A stretch of DNA of 37,829 nucleotides from a virus. The DNA is taken from positions 1 to 37,829 of IMG/VR virus record IMGVR_UViG_3300045988_168478; one strand, given 5' to 3'. The notes under the pieces are model-generated. The model worked only from the letters and a program-made list of their open reading frames with translations, searched no databases and was not told the DNA's origin. Made by a program: the position numbers and the translations under genes. Positions 17,985 to 27,467 of the stretch are shown one piece after another; position 1 is the stretch's first letter; each line of letters begins with the position of its first letter.

Positions 17985-20900
17985 TTCCTTCTGCGTTTTA
18001 CGTTAGACTTCATTTTATTCACGAGCTTTTCCGCCTCGATGGTACCGTGTCTGCCTGTGGCATAAGTCTCTGCAACAATAGGCTGTGAGAATCTGCGGTC
18101 GATACCGTTCAGGCTTCTTACCACTCTCGCCAGAACTGACAGCAAAGCGGAATTGTCCGGCGAAGCTACAGAAGCGGCATCTACAGACCTACGGATGCCA
18201 GAGGCAGACGTGCCACCCTGCACCGGAACCACAGCAGCGATGTCTTCTGCAGAAAGTCGGGAAACACTTCCGGAACGCTGCGCTGCATCAATGAGGTCAA
18301 GCACAGGCAGGACGTTCGGGTTGGCAGTAGCGAAACGATTAGCCACGAACTCATTACTGTGAACTATGCCCTGCGGCTTGTCCCATGGACCAGAGGAGGT
18401 AAAGCCACCTACAGCAAAGTTGCCTACAGCAGTCTTGGCTGTTTCAAAAGCAGCTGTTATCAAGGCTATCTCGGCTGCAGCCTTGGCAACTCCGGCAAAA
18501 CCAAGAGTGGAAATATTCTTTGCCAAAGATGCGGCTTTGGCTGTGAGAATAGCTTTCTCTACCGCATCGATCATAAGTGTAAGCATCTGCTTCAGGAAAT
18601 CCTTAAATGCCGCGCTTTGTCCGGAAAGCAAATTGCCCATTGCCTCCCCTATCAACTGGCCGGACTGTACAATCGTATCATAGATGATATCCTTGTATTT
18701 GTTCTCCAGCTCTTGCCGCTCCTCAAGGCCTTTCCTTGTGATGTCCGTTTCTGCCTTGTCCAATTCCTCCTGTATCTCTTTTCTCTGTTCGGCGTTTAGT
18801 TCAATATCATCGATGAGCGTCTCGAGATAGTCCTTCCACTTTCTTGCCCTCTCCTCCTGACTCAGTTCGTCAAGTTTGCCTGCCTTGATGTTCGCCCGCT
18901 CCTGCGCATCGAGCAGGGCATCGAACTTATCCTTTGCATTCTTGATTATACGTTCGGCAGAATCCTTGTCGGCTTTCTTCGTGTCAGCATCATATTTCTC
19001 CTTCAGCTTTTTCAGCTTTTGCTGATATGTCTCTTCGGAAATCAGTTTCTTGTCATAGGCATTTTCGAGCAGTGCCAGGTCGTTGTCGTACTGTTCCTTC
19101 AGTGTGGCAAGTTCGTTGCTATGGCGTTCCTCTTCGGTGGTGTCATATTTTTTGTCGAGTTCCTTCATCTTTTCAAAGAGTCGCATCTTGAACTCAAGTA
19201 TTTTCTGTTGAATCTCCGCTTTCTTCTTCGGTTCAAGATTGGCCACATCGAGTTTCCTGTTCAGTTCCTCAAGCTCCAGGTCCTCGATTTTGCGGTTATA
19301 TTCCTGCTCCGTTTCAATTTCCCCTTCGAGGTATTTTATCTTTGTTGAGGAACGTTTGTTCTCGTATTCGGCAGAGATCTTGTCGAGTTCTGCATTCATC
19401 TTCTTTCTTGCGTCCACCTCTGCTTTTCGGGCAGCCGCAGTACGCTTCCGGGCAGCCTTTTCGGCCTTCTTCGAATCTGTATATTTACCAGGTTTCACCT
19501 GTTCCTCCTCACCCTCTGCATTATATTTGGCTTTCAGCTTCAGAAGTTCTGCCTGTGTCTGCTGGAGACTTTTTACATACTGTTGCTCTTCACTGTTGAG
19601 TGAGTTTATATTGTTTTTGTATCTTATCACTGCCGCTTCTGCCGTATTGAAGGCATATCCCTGTTGCTCCAGGGCTGTAGTCTCAAACCATCCGCCTGTA
19701 CTACCGTGCGTCACCAATGTCTGCAGGGCGTTCTTTCCCTTTTCTATATAGTTCAGCATACTGTTCGTACCCGTCTGGAAGAAGTCATACCATCGCGACT
19801 GGTCTTTCTTCTGCTCGTCGAGTTTCCTCTTCTCTATGTCTTCTATCTTTGCCTGCAGAGCCTTTGCCCTTGCATTGAGATAGATGGATTCCGTATATGC
19901 GTTAATGGCACTTGTCGCCTTCTGCGTGTTGATATTCTCAAGACGCAGCCATCCGAGGTATTCCGGACTTATCTTGTTAAGTTCCTCAATCGCTGTTTTC
20001 CGTTCTGCATCCGATGCTGTCTTGCTTCTCGCTATGGCCACCAGTGCCATCAGGTTTGCCTTCTCGCTTTCCGCCTGCGCATTGGCATCCTTGTGTACTT
20101 CTGCAAGAGCCTTTTCCGCCTCCGACGCTTCATTGACATTGTCAATCCAGTCCTTAATTACAGCAATGGCAATGAGTATTGCCGTTGCTGCAGCGGTCCA
20201 TGGGTTTTCCATCATCACGGCTTTCAGCTTGTTGAAGCCTGCGATTACCTTCTCGTTCCACAACACCTGCAGCTTTTTTATCGCCACGTCTGCTTTCTCC
20301 AGAACGATATAAGCTGCAAGCAATGCTGCAGCTGTGAGGATTGTCGTGTTAAACTTCAAGAACACCGAAATTATGGCAGAAAGCACCGTAACGGCAGCGG
20401 AACCTACACTGATGCCGCCATTGACGAGAGGCATCAGTCTCTCTCCGAGCTCAACACTTACATCACGCAGACGTTTCTTCGCTTTCTCCATTCCTGCCAA
20501 TACGGTATTGTTCTGCACGTTGAACTCGTCCAGCACGCTCGTCCCTTCATTGTAGGCATCACTTGCTATCTCCTGCGCTTCGCGCACCTGGTCGAGATGC
20601 GAAGCCACCGAGGAGAGCACACCTACGGCACGCGTTCCGTCAAGTTTCATCTCTTCAAACATCGGTGCCATCTTGTCAAAGCCCCCCTGTGCCTTCATTG
20701 CCGAGAGGAACTGCAGCAATGCCGCATTGGCATCGTTCTTCAGTAGATTGGTGAAGTCCTTCACGTCCTTTCCTGCAAGAGCGGCAAAGCGTGCCGGTTC
20801 CTGATACATCTTCGTAATGAGCTGCGAGAACACGGTGGATGCCGTCGCCTCCTCCTGCATATTCTGGTCGAGGGCTGATGCAAGACCCATTATCTGCGAC

Positions 20901-21673
20901 TGCGAGAAGCCTGCCTGTATCGCCACGCCCGAGAGACTTGCCGTGAAGTCCACTATATATCCGGCATTGGCGGATGAAGACTGCGCAAGCTCATTGACGG
21001 CAGAACCCGTAGCGAGCATAGCTCCGCGCAGGCCTTTCTTATCATCCTCTCCGAACATGTGTGCGAGCTTGCCTATCTTGTCAACAGCCCCCTCTCCGAG
21101 GTCATCGCCAAGTGCCACGTTTATCTTGTCGGCACCGTCCACGAATTCCTCAATCATCTCCTTGTTGGTTATACCGAGGCGTCCTGCCGCTCCGGCAAGC
21201 TCGTTGAGCTGCTCCCTCGCCGTGCGTGTGTCCATCCGTTTGAAGTCCTCGTTCATCTGGTGTACTTCTTCATTGGACTGGCCGGTGTATTTTCTCACGT
21301 TCGCCATCGACTCTTCCATCTGGGCGTAGTCATCGATGTACTTGTGTATGGAGTCGTAAGCCCGCGACACGGAGCCTAACGCCGTCAATCCTGCATAATA
21401 CCATTTGTTGAAAAGGTCAGCGCCCTTATCCAACACGGAACCCAAAGACTTAGCTTCTTCCGATGTAGCACGAATTGCCTTGCGGTGGTCTGCAAGATAA
21501 GAATTGAGTTCTGATATCTGTTTAGCCTTCTTGTTGTATTCTTCAGAGCCAATCGACATCTTTTTAATATCACGCGTAAGTTCACGAACCTTCTTTTGTA
21601 TACCAGGAACGGTATTGTCTATTTCCGACCCATCAATATATATTTTGACCTGCCTGCTATATATCTTTGCCAT
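17981..21673 (-). CDS. Tail tape measure protein (1230 aa)
   Basis: Very long protein with extended coiled-coil regions, central hydrophobic segments and an Ala/Gly-rich C-terminus. The ATG at 21673 is preceded by a -7 promoter element. Confidence 0.75.
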   Translation of the reverse strand: MAKIYSRQVKIYIDGSEIDNTVPGIQKKVRELTRDIKKMSIGSEEYNKKAKQISELNSYLADHRKAIRATSEEAKSLGSVLDKGADLFNKWYYAGLTALGSVSRAYDSIHKYIDDYAQMEESMANVRKYTGQSNEEVHQMNEDFKRMDTRTAREQLNELAGAAGRLGITNKEMIEEFVDGADKINVALGDDLGEGAVDKIGKLAHMFGEDDKKGLRGAMLATGSAVNELAQSSSANAGYIVDFTASLSGVAIQAGFSQSQIMGLASALDQNMQEEATASTVFSQLITKMYQEPARFAALAGKDVKDFTNLLKNDANAALLQFLSAMKAQGGFDKMAPMFEEMKLDGTRAVGVLSSVASHLDQVREAQEIASDAYNEGTSVLDEFNVQNNTVLAGMEKAKKRLRDVSVELGERLMPLVNGGISVGSAAVTVLSAIISVFLKFNTTILTAAALLAAYIVLEKADVAIKKLQVLWNEKVIAGFNKLKAVMMENPWTAAATAILIAIAVIKDWIDNVNEASEAEKALAEVHKDANAQAESEKANLMALVAIARSKTASDAERKTAIEELNKISPEYLGWLRLENINTQKATSAINAYTESIYLNARAKALQAKIEDIEKRKLDEQKKDQSRWYDFFQTGTNSMLNYIEKGKNALQTLVTHGSTGGWFETTALEQQGYAFNTAEAAVIRYKNNINSLNSEEQQYVKSLQQTQAELLKLKAKYNAEGEEEQVKPGKYTDSKKAEKAARKRTAAARKAEVDARKKMNAELDKISAEYENKRSSTKIKYLEGEIETEQEYNRKIEDLELEELNRKLDVANLEPKKKAEIQQKILEFKMRLFEKMKELDKKYDTTEEERHSNELATLKEQYDNDLALLENAYDKKLISEETYQQKLKKLKEKYDADTKKADKDSAERIIKNAKDKFDALLDAQERANIKAGKLDELSQEERARKWKDYLETLIDDIELNAEQRKEIQEELDKAETDITRKGLEERQELENKYKDIIYDTIVQSGQLIGEAMGNLLSGQSAAFKDFLKQMLTLMIDAVEKAILTAKAASLAKNISTLGFAGVAKAAAEIALITAAFETAKTAVGNFAVGGFTSSGPWDKPQGIVHSNEFVANRFATANPNVLPVLDLIDAAQRSGSVSRLSAEDIAAVVPVQGGTSASGIRRSVDAASVASPDNSALLSVLARVVRSLNGIDRRFSQPIVAETYATGRHGTIEAEKLVNKMKSNVKRRRK

Positions 21674-21696
21674 AAACAATATGATTTAAACACATG

Positions 21697-21704
21697 CAAA
21701 ATTA
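21697..21704 (-). promoter_or_regulatory. -7 promoter element (TAatTTTG) for the tape-measure transcription unit
   Basis: Plus-strand caaaatta, 24 nt upstream of the ATG at 21673. Confidence 0.4.
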
Positions 21705-21773
21705 AACAGAAAGAAAGAACACGGATAGGACTATAAAAACAACAAAAAACTTGCAGATACCAAAATAATAGCA

Positions 21774-21781
21774 TATCTTTA
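21774..21781 (+). promoter_or_regulatory. Plus-strand -7-like promoter element (TAtcTTTa), with cTTGc about 20 nt upstream, for the moron gene
   Basis: 27 nt upstream of the ATG at 21809. Confidence 0.35.
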
Positions 21782-21808
21782 CAACGGAAACCAAAAACAC
21801 TGACGATT

Positions 21809-22156
21809 ATGTATTTACTGACACCTGGCCAAGCATTTGTAGTGGGAACCATATTCCTGATTATATTCCTTTTCAAAGCAATAGGAATGGGGTTAGACAA
21901 TGCTGCAGGCAAATATCATGTATGTCCACGGGCTTTCGAATACGGTTACCCTGAGCCATATTGCCAAGCCATGATAGACAGGCAGATGAGGTTCTATTTA
22001 GGAGAATGGATTCCATTGTATGATGTCAACGACAAAGAAAGCGAGGAACTGAAGGCAAAACTCCTGGAAAAAGACATCAAGCTTAACGAGCAAGGCAAAT
22101 GGATGCTGACAGGAAAGACATTGGAAGAAGTGGAACGCAAGATCTACAAACTATAG
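21809..22156 (+). CDS. Small membrane protein (115 aa) encoded on the opposite strand; moron-like, possibly superinfection exclusion or lysogenic conversion
   Basis: N-terminal TM helix (AFVVGTIFLIIFLFKAIGMGL) and a Cys pair. It is the only plus-strand gene inside the late region. It has its own promoter-like element and is followed by a perfect bidirectional terminator. Confidence 0.55.
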   Translation: MYLLTPGQAFVVGTIFLIIFLFKAIGMGLDNAAGKYHVCPRAFEYGYPEPYCQAMIDRQMRFYLGEWIPLYDVNDKESEELKAKLLEKDIKLNEQGKWMLTGKTLEEVERKIYKL

Positions 22157-22206
22157 ACAAAATGAAACGAGACAGGTCAGACACCCTGTCTCGTTTCATT
22201 TTGTCT
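22157..22206. terminator. Bidirectional rho-independent terminator: perfect 21-bp stem (gacaaaatgaaacgagacagg / cctgtctcgtttcattttgtc) with an 8-nt loop
   Basis: Perfect inverted repeat flanked by A/T runs, lying between convergent genes. Confidence 0.8.
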
Positions 22207-22663
22207 TCACAATCGTAATTCTGTCCAGCTCATTGAGCACATGCTGCGCAGCAGCGTCACCGTAGTAGTCGCCCGCAATGTCGGCAAGATCATTCAGGTT
22301 CTTCTCGATATTGTTGTCGAGCCAGTCCACGGGGCGGCGGCGTACAGGTCCCGCCTTGACATTCCTGCCAGGACTGCGCGAGCCACGCACCACCGCACCG
22401 CCCTGACGGATATATCCGTTGCCCACACCGTATGCCACGAACACGCCATAGCGCAAGAACTTGAAAGCCACGCTTTGCGCCACACCGTCATCCCTGCCTT
22501 TCCTAACCGCCGAGGCAAGTCGCTTGCGCAGACTGCCGCTATAGACTGAGGTCTCGGCAACAAGAGTTCCGAGCGAACGTCGTTTCACCTTCTCGCCCCA
22601 CTCGGAAACCCTGCCGTTAAAATCCTCTGCCGAGATATTCTTTTCATTATCCATAAGCGACAA
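22196..22663 (-). CDS. Hypothetical protein (155 aa), last gene of the late operon
   Basis: Complete ORF. Arg/Gly-rich central region. Confidence 0.5.
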   Translation of the reverse strand: MSLMDNEKNISAEDFNGRVSEWGEKVKRRSLGTLVAETSVYSGSLRKRLASAVRKGRDDGVAQSVAFKFLRYGVFVAYGVGNGYIRQGGAVVRGSRSPGRNVKAGPVRRRPVDWLDNNIEKNLNDLADIAGDYYGDAAAQHVLNELDRITIVKTK

Positions 22664-22666
22664 GTA

Positions 22667-23113
22667 TCAGATTCCCTTATACTCTTCCACTGCATTGAAG
22701 CAGGGGCAGCTCTTCTTCCATCTGTCGGGCGTATTCTCTCCCCATATACTGCGGTGGCCCATTATCCTGGCATGGGGATAAGTCTTCCTCAGAGTCTTCA
22801 GCAACGTGACGAGCGATGCCTTCTGCGCTTCCGTCCTGTTGTCTATAGGCTTCCACACGGTCTTGCCGAACTTGTCATCCCTATATACGCCACCGACATA
22901 AGCAATATTTATTGCCGTACTGTTAAATCCCTGTACTCCGTTTGACACCTCTTCCACGGAAAGCATCTGATGAATGCCGCCGTCTGATGTAATGACATAA
23001 TGGTAGCCAGGCTCCTGCCAGTTCTTTGCCTTGAACTCCGCCCACAGGTCTTTCACTCCCCAGGTCTGCGGACTTGCCGTACAATGCACGAATATTCTTT
23101 CAATCTTTCTCAT
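22667..23113 (-). CDS. Endolysin, N-acetylmuramoyl-L-alanine amidase (PGRP / amidase_2 type)
   Basis: IFVHCTAS, HYVITSDGGIHQ and MGHRSI...KSCPCF match the zinc-binding and catalytic motifs of amidase_2 peptidoglycan hydrolases. Confidence 0.75.
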   Translation of the reverse strand: MRKIERIFVHCTASPQTWGVKDLWAEFKAKNWQEPGYHYVITSDGGIHQMLSVEEVSNGVQGFNSTAINIAYVGGVYRDDKFGKTVWKPIDNRTEAQKASLVTLLKTLRKTYPHARIMGHRSIWGENTPDRWKKSCPCFNAVEEYKGI

Positions 23114-23149
23114 ATCTTATGATTTTTCAATGATTCCGCAAGTTGTCCT

Positions 23150-23716
23150 CTACCAATCCACGACCACTGTTCTGCTTCCAAGATTCGACGGCAGCCAAAG
23201 TTCCCATGGTGCAGCATAGCGGTTGGGGTCATAATTATATGTACCATAATAAAGTGGCTTTGATGATGTACCGGCAGAATAGGTCTGTGTTTCTGTGTCC
23301 TTATAAGGTATCAATATCCACTTTGTATTGTCACCTACTGTTTCACCTTTATATATATCTATCACCACTCCATTGAGGATATTGAAAGGAGTAGCACTTG
23401 CCCAAAGTGAAGATGAAACTTTCCAATAACCTCTTACAGCAGACAATTCATTTGTATTAACAGCAGTCAGTACATCATCAACAGTTAGTGCGACAAATTT
23501 ACTATTCCAATAGCCATACCGCTTGGTGTCCTTCCTATAAAGTAAATTTCCTATTTTCCTTGCAGCAGTAGGAACAGAACCACCACTATACTCCGTTATC
23601 ACCTTACCTTGCAATGCAGCAGCAATGATATATCTGTCTTTTTCCTTAATATCTGTCTTGATTTTTGAGAATATCTTTGATAGTATATCCTTTGTTATCT
23701 TTAGCATCTCATTCAT
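23150..23716 (-). CDS. Hypothetical tail or lysis-associated protein (188 aa)
   Basis: Complete ORF between the fibre genes and the endolysin gene. Confidence 0.5.
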   Translation of the reverse strand: MNEMLKITKDILSKIFSKIKTDIKEKDRYIIAAALQGKVITEYSGGSVPTAARKIGNLLYRKDTKRYGYWNSKFVALTVDDVLTAVNTNELSAVRGYWKVSSSLWASATPFNILNGVVIDIYKGETVGDNTKWILIPYKDTETQTYSAGTSSKPLYYGTYNYDPNRYAAPWELWLPSNLGSRTVVVDW

Positions 23717-23790
23717 ATTACATCAATGTTTGGTTGAAAAAAGGCGGGCATGAAGGCGACCTGAATCACCCCACGCTCCGCAGTTGTTCG

Positions 23791-24699
23791 TTAAGCCTGA
23801 CTCCACAATGTGTCAATCTCTGTCTCCGATAGTTCAGTGAGGTCAGCTGCAGCCACGTAGGTAGTAGCCAAATTATCCAGCTTCAACTTATCTGAACTTG
23901 ATAGAAGTCCTTTATTACCTAACTTTATAGAACCTCCTGAACTTACATCAGGAGTTGCAATAGGTAAATCAATACGAGCAGAAGGAGTCTTTCCTTTTTT
24001 CAACACAAGTTCATACGCTGGTATATTACCATTACCAGTTTCAAGACTTAATGAATAATTATCTAATTCCGCAAGCTTGTTCTTCTCCTCCGTTGTATAG
24101 TCATTGGTGGAGAGCTGCTTACCCGTCACCTTGTCAACCTTGTTGCCGATGTTGGTCTCGGCTGTCGAGAGCCTCGTCTTGAGACTATTCACAGCCGTGT
24201 TTACAGCCTTGTTCTGAATCGGGTTGGTTGAGTCGCTGAGAGTACTGTCCACGGTAATCTCTGCCTTCCACTCACCGAGCTTCTCCCATGAGTCCTTGCC
24301 TTCCTTGTTCATCTTCACATACTCGGCGTATGTGTTGTTTGCCTCCGAACTGTTCTCCACAGGCACAAGATACATCTTGTTCGATTTCGCCGTAGCAAGG
24401 TCCGGCAGGGAGGTGACAATCTCCACGATGTTACCGTCAATGCCGATATCATTCAGCGTGAGGTTACCTGAGCCGACGATGCTCTTGCCGTTGATGGTCT
24501 TCACGTTCGGGTTGTTCTTGGCATCCGTGGCTGCACCCTGTGCCGTTGCTGCAGCCTGCTTAGCTGTGTTTGCCGTAGACTGTGCCGTGCCGATCTTGAT
24601 TTCAAGACCTGACTTGGTGTCTGTTACAAGCTTCTTTACATTCGTACCGAATCTCTTCAGGTTATCGGCGGAGATAAACTTCATTTTTTCTTTTTCCAT
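23791..24699 (-). CDS. Tail fibre protein (302 aa)
   Basis: Ser/Thr/Asn/Gly-rich with repetitive beta structure. Its C-terminus ...TELSETEIDTLWSQA is shared with two neighbouring genes. Confidence 0.6.
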   Translation of the reverse strand: MEKEKMKFISADNLKRFGTNVKKLVTDTKSGLEIKIGTAQSTANTAKQAAATAQGAATDAKNNPNVKTINGKSIVGSGNLTLNDIGIDGNIVEIVTSLPDLATAKSNKMYLVPVENSSEANNTYAEYVKMNKEGKDSWEKLGEWKAEITVDSTLSDSTNPIQNKAVNTAVNSLKTRLSTAETNIGNKVDKVTGKQLSTNDYTTEEKNKLAELDNYSLSLETGNGNIPAYELVLKKGKTPSARIDLPIATPDVSSGGSIKLGNKGLLSSSDKLKLDNLATTYVAAADLTELSETEIDTLWSQA

Positions 24700-24755
24700 G
24701 ATTTAAAAATTTTAAAAGTGAATAATTAATTGTTTGTTTGAATTTAGTTTCCTTT

Positions 24756-25229
24756 TCATGCTTCATCCCACAGGGTGTCAACGGCATTGCTGTCAAGTTC
24801 TCCGAGTTCCTCGCTCTTCACGCAGGCACCGACACCCTCAGACAACTCTGTCTTGGTGGCATACTTGGCATCTGCATCCGCAGTCTTCTGGTATTCACTG
24901 AGGTCTGCATCTCCCGAAACGCCTGAACCTCCGCCCGTGAAGACCTTCCAGCCTCCGGCGCTGTTCCTTTTCTCCCAGTCCTTCAGCTGATACAGCTCGC
25001 CGTTGCCGTTGCCGTCAGCATCCACTACATACCACAGTTGGCCGATAGCGTCATTCCCTGTGTTGTTTCCACTTGCCGACAGTTGCCAATCGTGCAGCGC
25101 ATACAAGCCGGCAAGCGTACCCACCGTGCGGTGTCCGCTTATTTCGTCGGCGTATACTATGCCATATCCCGAAGGGCTGATATTGTTGGAGCGAAGCGTG
25201 TTCGCCTGTGCCAATCCATCTTTTACCAT
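24756..25229 (-). CDS. Tail fibre-like protein (157 aa; start at MVKDGLAQ)
   Basis: Gly/Asn-rich. C-terminus ...ELDSNAVDTLWDEA. Trimmed to the ATG at 25229 to remove overlap with the upstream gene. Confidence 0.5.
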   Translation of the reverse strand: MVKDGLAQANTLRSNNISPSGYGIVYADEISGHRTVGTLAGLYALHDWQLSASGNNTGNDAIGQLWYVVDADGNGNGELYQLKDWEKRNSAGGWKVFTGGGSGVSGDADLSEYQKTADADAKYATKTELSEGVGACVKSEELGELDSNAVDTLWDEA

Positions 25230-25260
25230 TATCTTTATCCTTTCTTCTATTTTCGTTCTG

Positions 25261-26544
25261 TCAGGCAATGTCCAGCTTGGCATTCGTGAATGCTCCCTTC
25301 TGCACACTCGTATAAACGTTATACTCCAGCTCCTTCATGGTCTCCGGGTCCACGACCGTCATCTTCTGCAATGTGAAACCACCCTGCAGGAGCGGTGTCG
25401 CATCATTCATAGTTATCTTGGTCAGTCCACCGAGCTTCGAGGGATAGGCATATACAAAATGGTCGCTTTCCGATGTGGTGACACCAGTAAGCACTCCGTT
25501 CCTGCCGTCCTGCAGCTTCCACTTGCTGCTGTTGGTCTTTGACAGCATTTCTTCCAGCGTGCGCAATGTGGGAATATCCGAAGCGGAACATGCCACGGTC
25601 TTATATCTGAAATGCACTCTGACGGAGATTGACTTCGAATCAAAATCCGAATCTCCCGCCGCCTTAATAATGCCGTCTTTCAATATCAGACCCTGCTTCT
25701 TTGCCTTGTAGCTTGCGGTGAAAGCCCTGTCTTCCGTAATGCCGTCCACGCTGATAAGTTCCGACGGCACCCCCGATGCAGGGAGCGGCTTCGATGCCCA
25801 GTCTCCGCCGTTCACAGCTGTAGGGTCCTTGTATCCTTCCGTCTTCTTCCATATATAATTGCCGGAGAAATCCACCGAATAGCCATAAGTGGTGGTAAGA
25901 TTGCCGGTCGCCGTAGTTGTCGGGCCATCCGTACCATCCGCCTTTTTTATCGTCCATGGAGAAATTGCCGCTCCCGCAGGATTGAACCTTGAAACGAGCA
26001 GCCCCACAAGCGGACGGTCGCCTTCCTTCATTGCAGCAATATCCATGGCGTTCCGTACCCCCTTGTCTCCTGCGTATGCCGTGGATGATGTTTCACCGAG
26101 CATCACGCCACCGCTGCTCATCTCCACCATCTGGCTTCCGCTCCATCGGTAACTTTTGTTCGTATTCACATCCACATATATCTTGCCCCTCTCCGGTGCA
26201 GGCTCCGTAGGTGTATTCAGGTCGGCGATATCGTTGTTCACAGCAGCTACGATGGTTTCTCCATACAACAATTTCAACCTATAGGTATACTTTCCCACAA
26301 ACACCTTCCTCGCTTTGTCGAACACCACCCCCACAAGGCGCATATCGCCATAATAGACATCCGTGAGCGTCACGTTATCCACCAGGCCATGGAACTCCAG
26401 CACATCATCCACATAGCTCGGAAGTAATGATGATGGAATCTTTCCGCTCTCGTCAAGATCCGCTTTGCTGCCAAGGTGTGACTTGATGAGTCTCACAAGA
26501 TAATTCAGTCCGGTTTTATCCAAGAATTTGTTTTCCTCTGCCAT
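25261..26544 (-). CDS. Tail fibre / receptor-binding protein (427 aa)
   Basis: The N-terminal LDKTGLNYLV...KADLDESGKIPSSLLPSYVDDV is a conserved N-terminal anchor motif of phage tail fibres. The remainder is long and beta-rich. Confidence 0.65.
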   Translation of the reverse strand: MAEENKFLDKTGLNYLVRLIKSHLGSKADLDESGKIPSSLLPSYVDDVLEFHGLVDNVTLTDVYYGDMRLVGVVFDKARKVFVGKYTYRLKLLYGETIVAAVNNDIADLNTPTEPAPERGKIYVDVNTNKSYRWSGSQMVEMSSGGVMLGETSSTAYAGDKGVRNAMDIAAMKEGDRPLVGLLVSRFNPAGAAISPWTIKKADGTDGPTTTATGNLTTTYGYSVDFSGNYIWKKTEGYKDPTAVNGGDWASKPLPASGVPSELISVDGITEDRAFTASYKAKKQGLILKDGIIKAAGDSDFDSKSISVRVHFRYKTVACSASDIPTLRTLEEMLSKTNSSKWKLQDGRNGVLTGVTTSESDHFVYAYPSKLGGLTKITMNDATPLLQGGFTLQKMTVVDPETMKELEYNVYTSVQKGAFTNAKLDIA

Positions 26545-26556
26545 AACTCCATGTAT

Positions 26557-26967
26557 TTAGTTGTTGTTCCATGCGTCATCTATATCCGTAGAGTTCAATG
26601 CTGCAACGGCCGCACCGGTCCCGCTGTTGAGTCTCTTCTTGTCGGCAGCTGTCATTACTCCTGCCGATGTCTCTGTCGCCGGCGGCAATTCCAATGTCTC
26701 CGTCCCTTTGGTATAGGTGCTGCCTTCAGCGGTCTTGCTGTAGCTGTCGTAGTTTATGACGACTCGCTCGCTGTTTGTCTTCACACTGCCTTTACCTAAT
26801 ATCAGGGCGGGCAGCATTGCTGATTTCTGAAAGGCTTCACGTATCTTCTCCACGATGTCCTTCAGCATCTGTCCGACAAGTCCTGCAGTATTCGATTCGG
26901 GCAAGACGTTTGTCCTTATCGTCTCTGCCGTATTGTTCAGTTCTTCAAATGTCTTTGCCATTGTCAT
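26557..26967 (-). CDS. Small tail fibre-associated protein (136 aa)
   Basis: C-terminus ...ALNSTDIDDAWNNN is related to the DTLW tails of the other two fibre genes. Confidence 0.5.
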   Translation of the reverse strand: MTMAKTFEELNNTAETIRTNVLPESNTAGLVGQMLKDIVEKIREAFQKSAMLPALILGKGSVKTNSERVVINYDSYSKTAEGSTYTKGTETLELPPATETSAGVMTAADKKRLNSGTGAAVAALNSTDIDDAWNNN

Positions 26968-27467
26968 TCAATTTTCAGAAAAGCGTTATTGTCCGTAATA
27001 CAGAACGGAACCTGCAGCATAACTTCCGCCATCCAGCCATAGAGGGCGTTCTTCTCGTTCTGCAATGGGACCACATCGATGCCATTGAGCGAAACGCCTT
27101 GCAGCCACTTCGGTTCTCTCTTGTATTTATCGAGGTTTATCTTTGCAAATATATCATTTATTATCTGCTCCGTTTCGGACAAGGCAGACTCCACCTCCCC
27201 GTAGTCGGCAGTATCACTGACATGAGTAAACGCCTCGATGTGACAGGTGTATGTCTTCTTCATCTCGTCAATCGAGGACCCCGAGATTTTATATCCAGTA
27301 GTCTCGAAGAACACTGCTGGATAGCGCAATTCATCGGCAAGCGAGGTATCCTTGGAATCCTCGTTCAGGTTCACGAAATGACGGTCTTCGTCTGTATGGC
27401 GCAGTTTCTTGTGCCTGCGGCATAACTGCTCGATATATGCAGAAAATTTCTTGATCATCGTGTTCAC
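26964..27467 (-). CDS. Hypothetical tail/baseplate protein (167 aa)
   Basis: Complete ORF with ATGA-type overlaps to both neighbours. Confidence 0.55.
   Translation of the reverse strand: MNTMIKKFSAYIEQLCRRHKKLRHTDEDRHFVNLNEDSKDTSLADELRYPAVFFETTGYKISGSSIDEMKKTYTCHIEAFTHVSDTADYGEVESALSETEQIINDIFAKINLDKYKREPKWLQGVSLNGIDVVPLQNEKNALYGWMAEVMLQVPFCITDNNAFLKIE

Noticed and set aside
25261-26544. Diversity-generating retroelement targeting the tail fibre, which is common in Bacteroides phages (SYVDDV seen in the fibre N-terminus)
   Set aside because: No reverse-transcriptase ORF (YxDD in an RT context) and no template/variable repeat pair were found anywhere in the window. The YVDDV lies in a conserved fibre N-terminal anchor motif.
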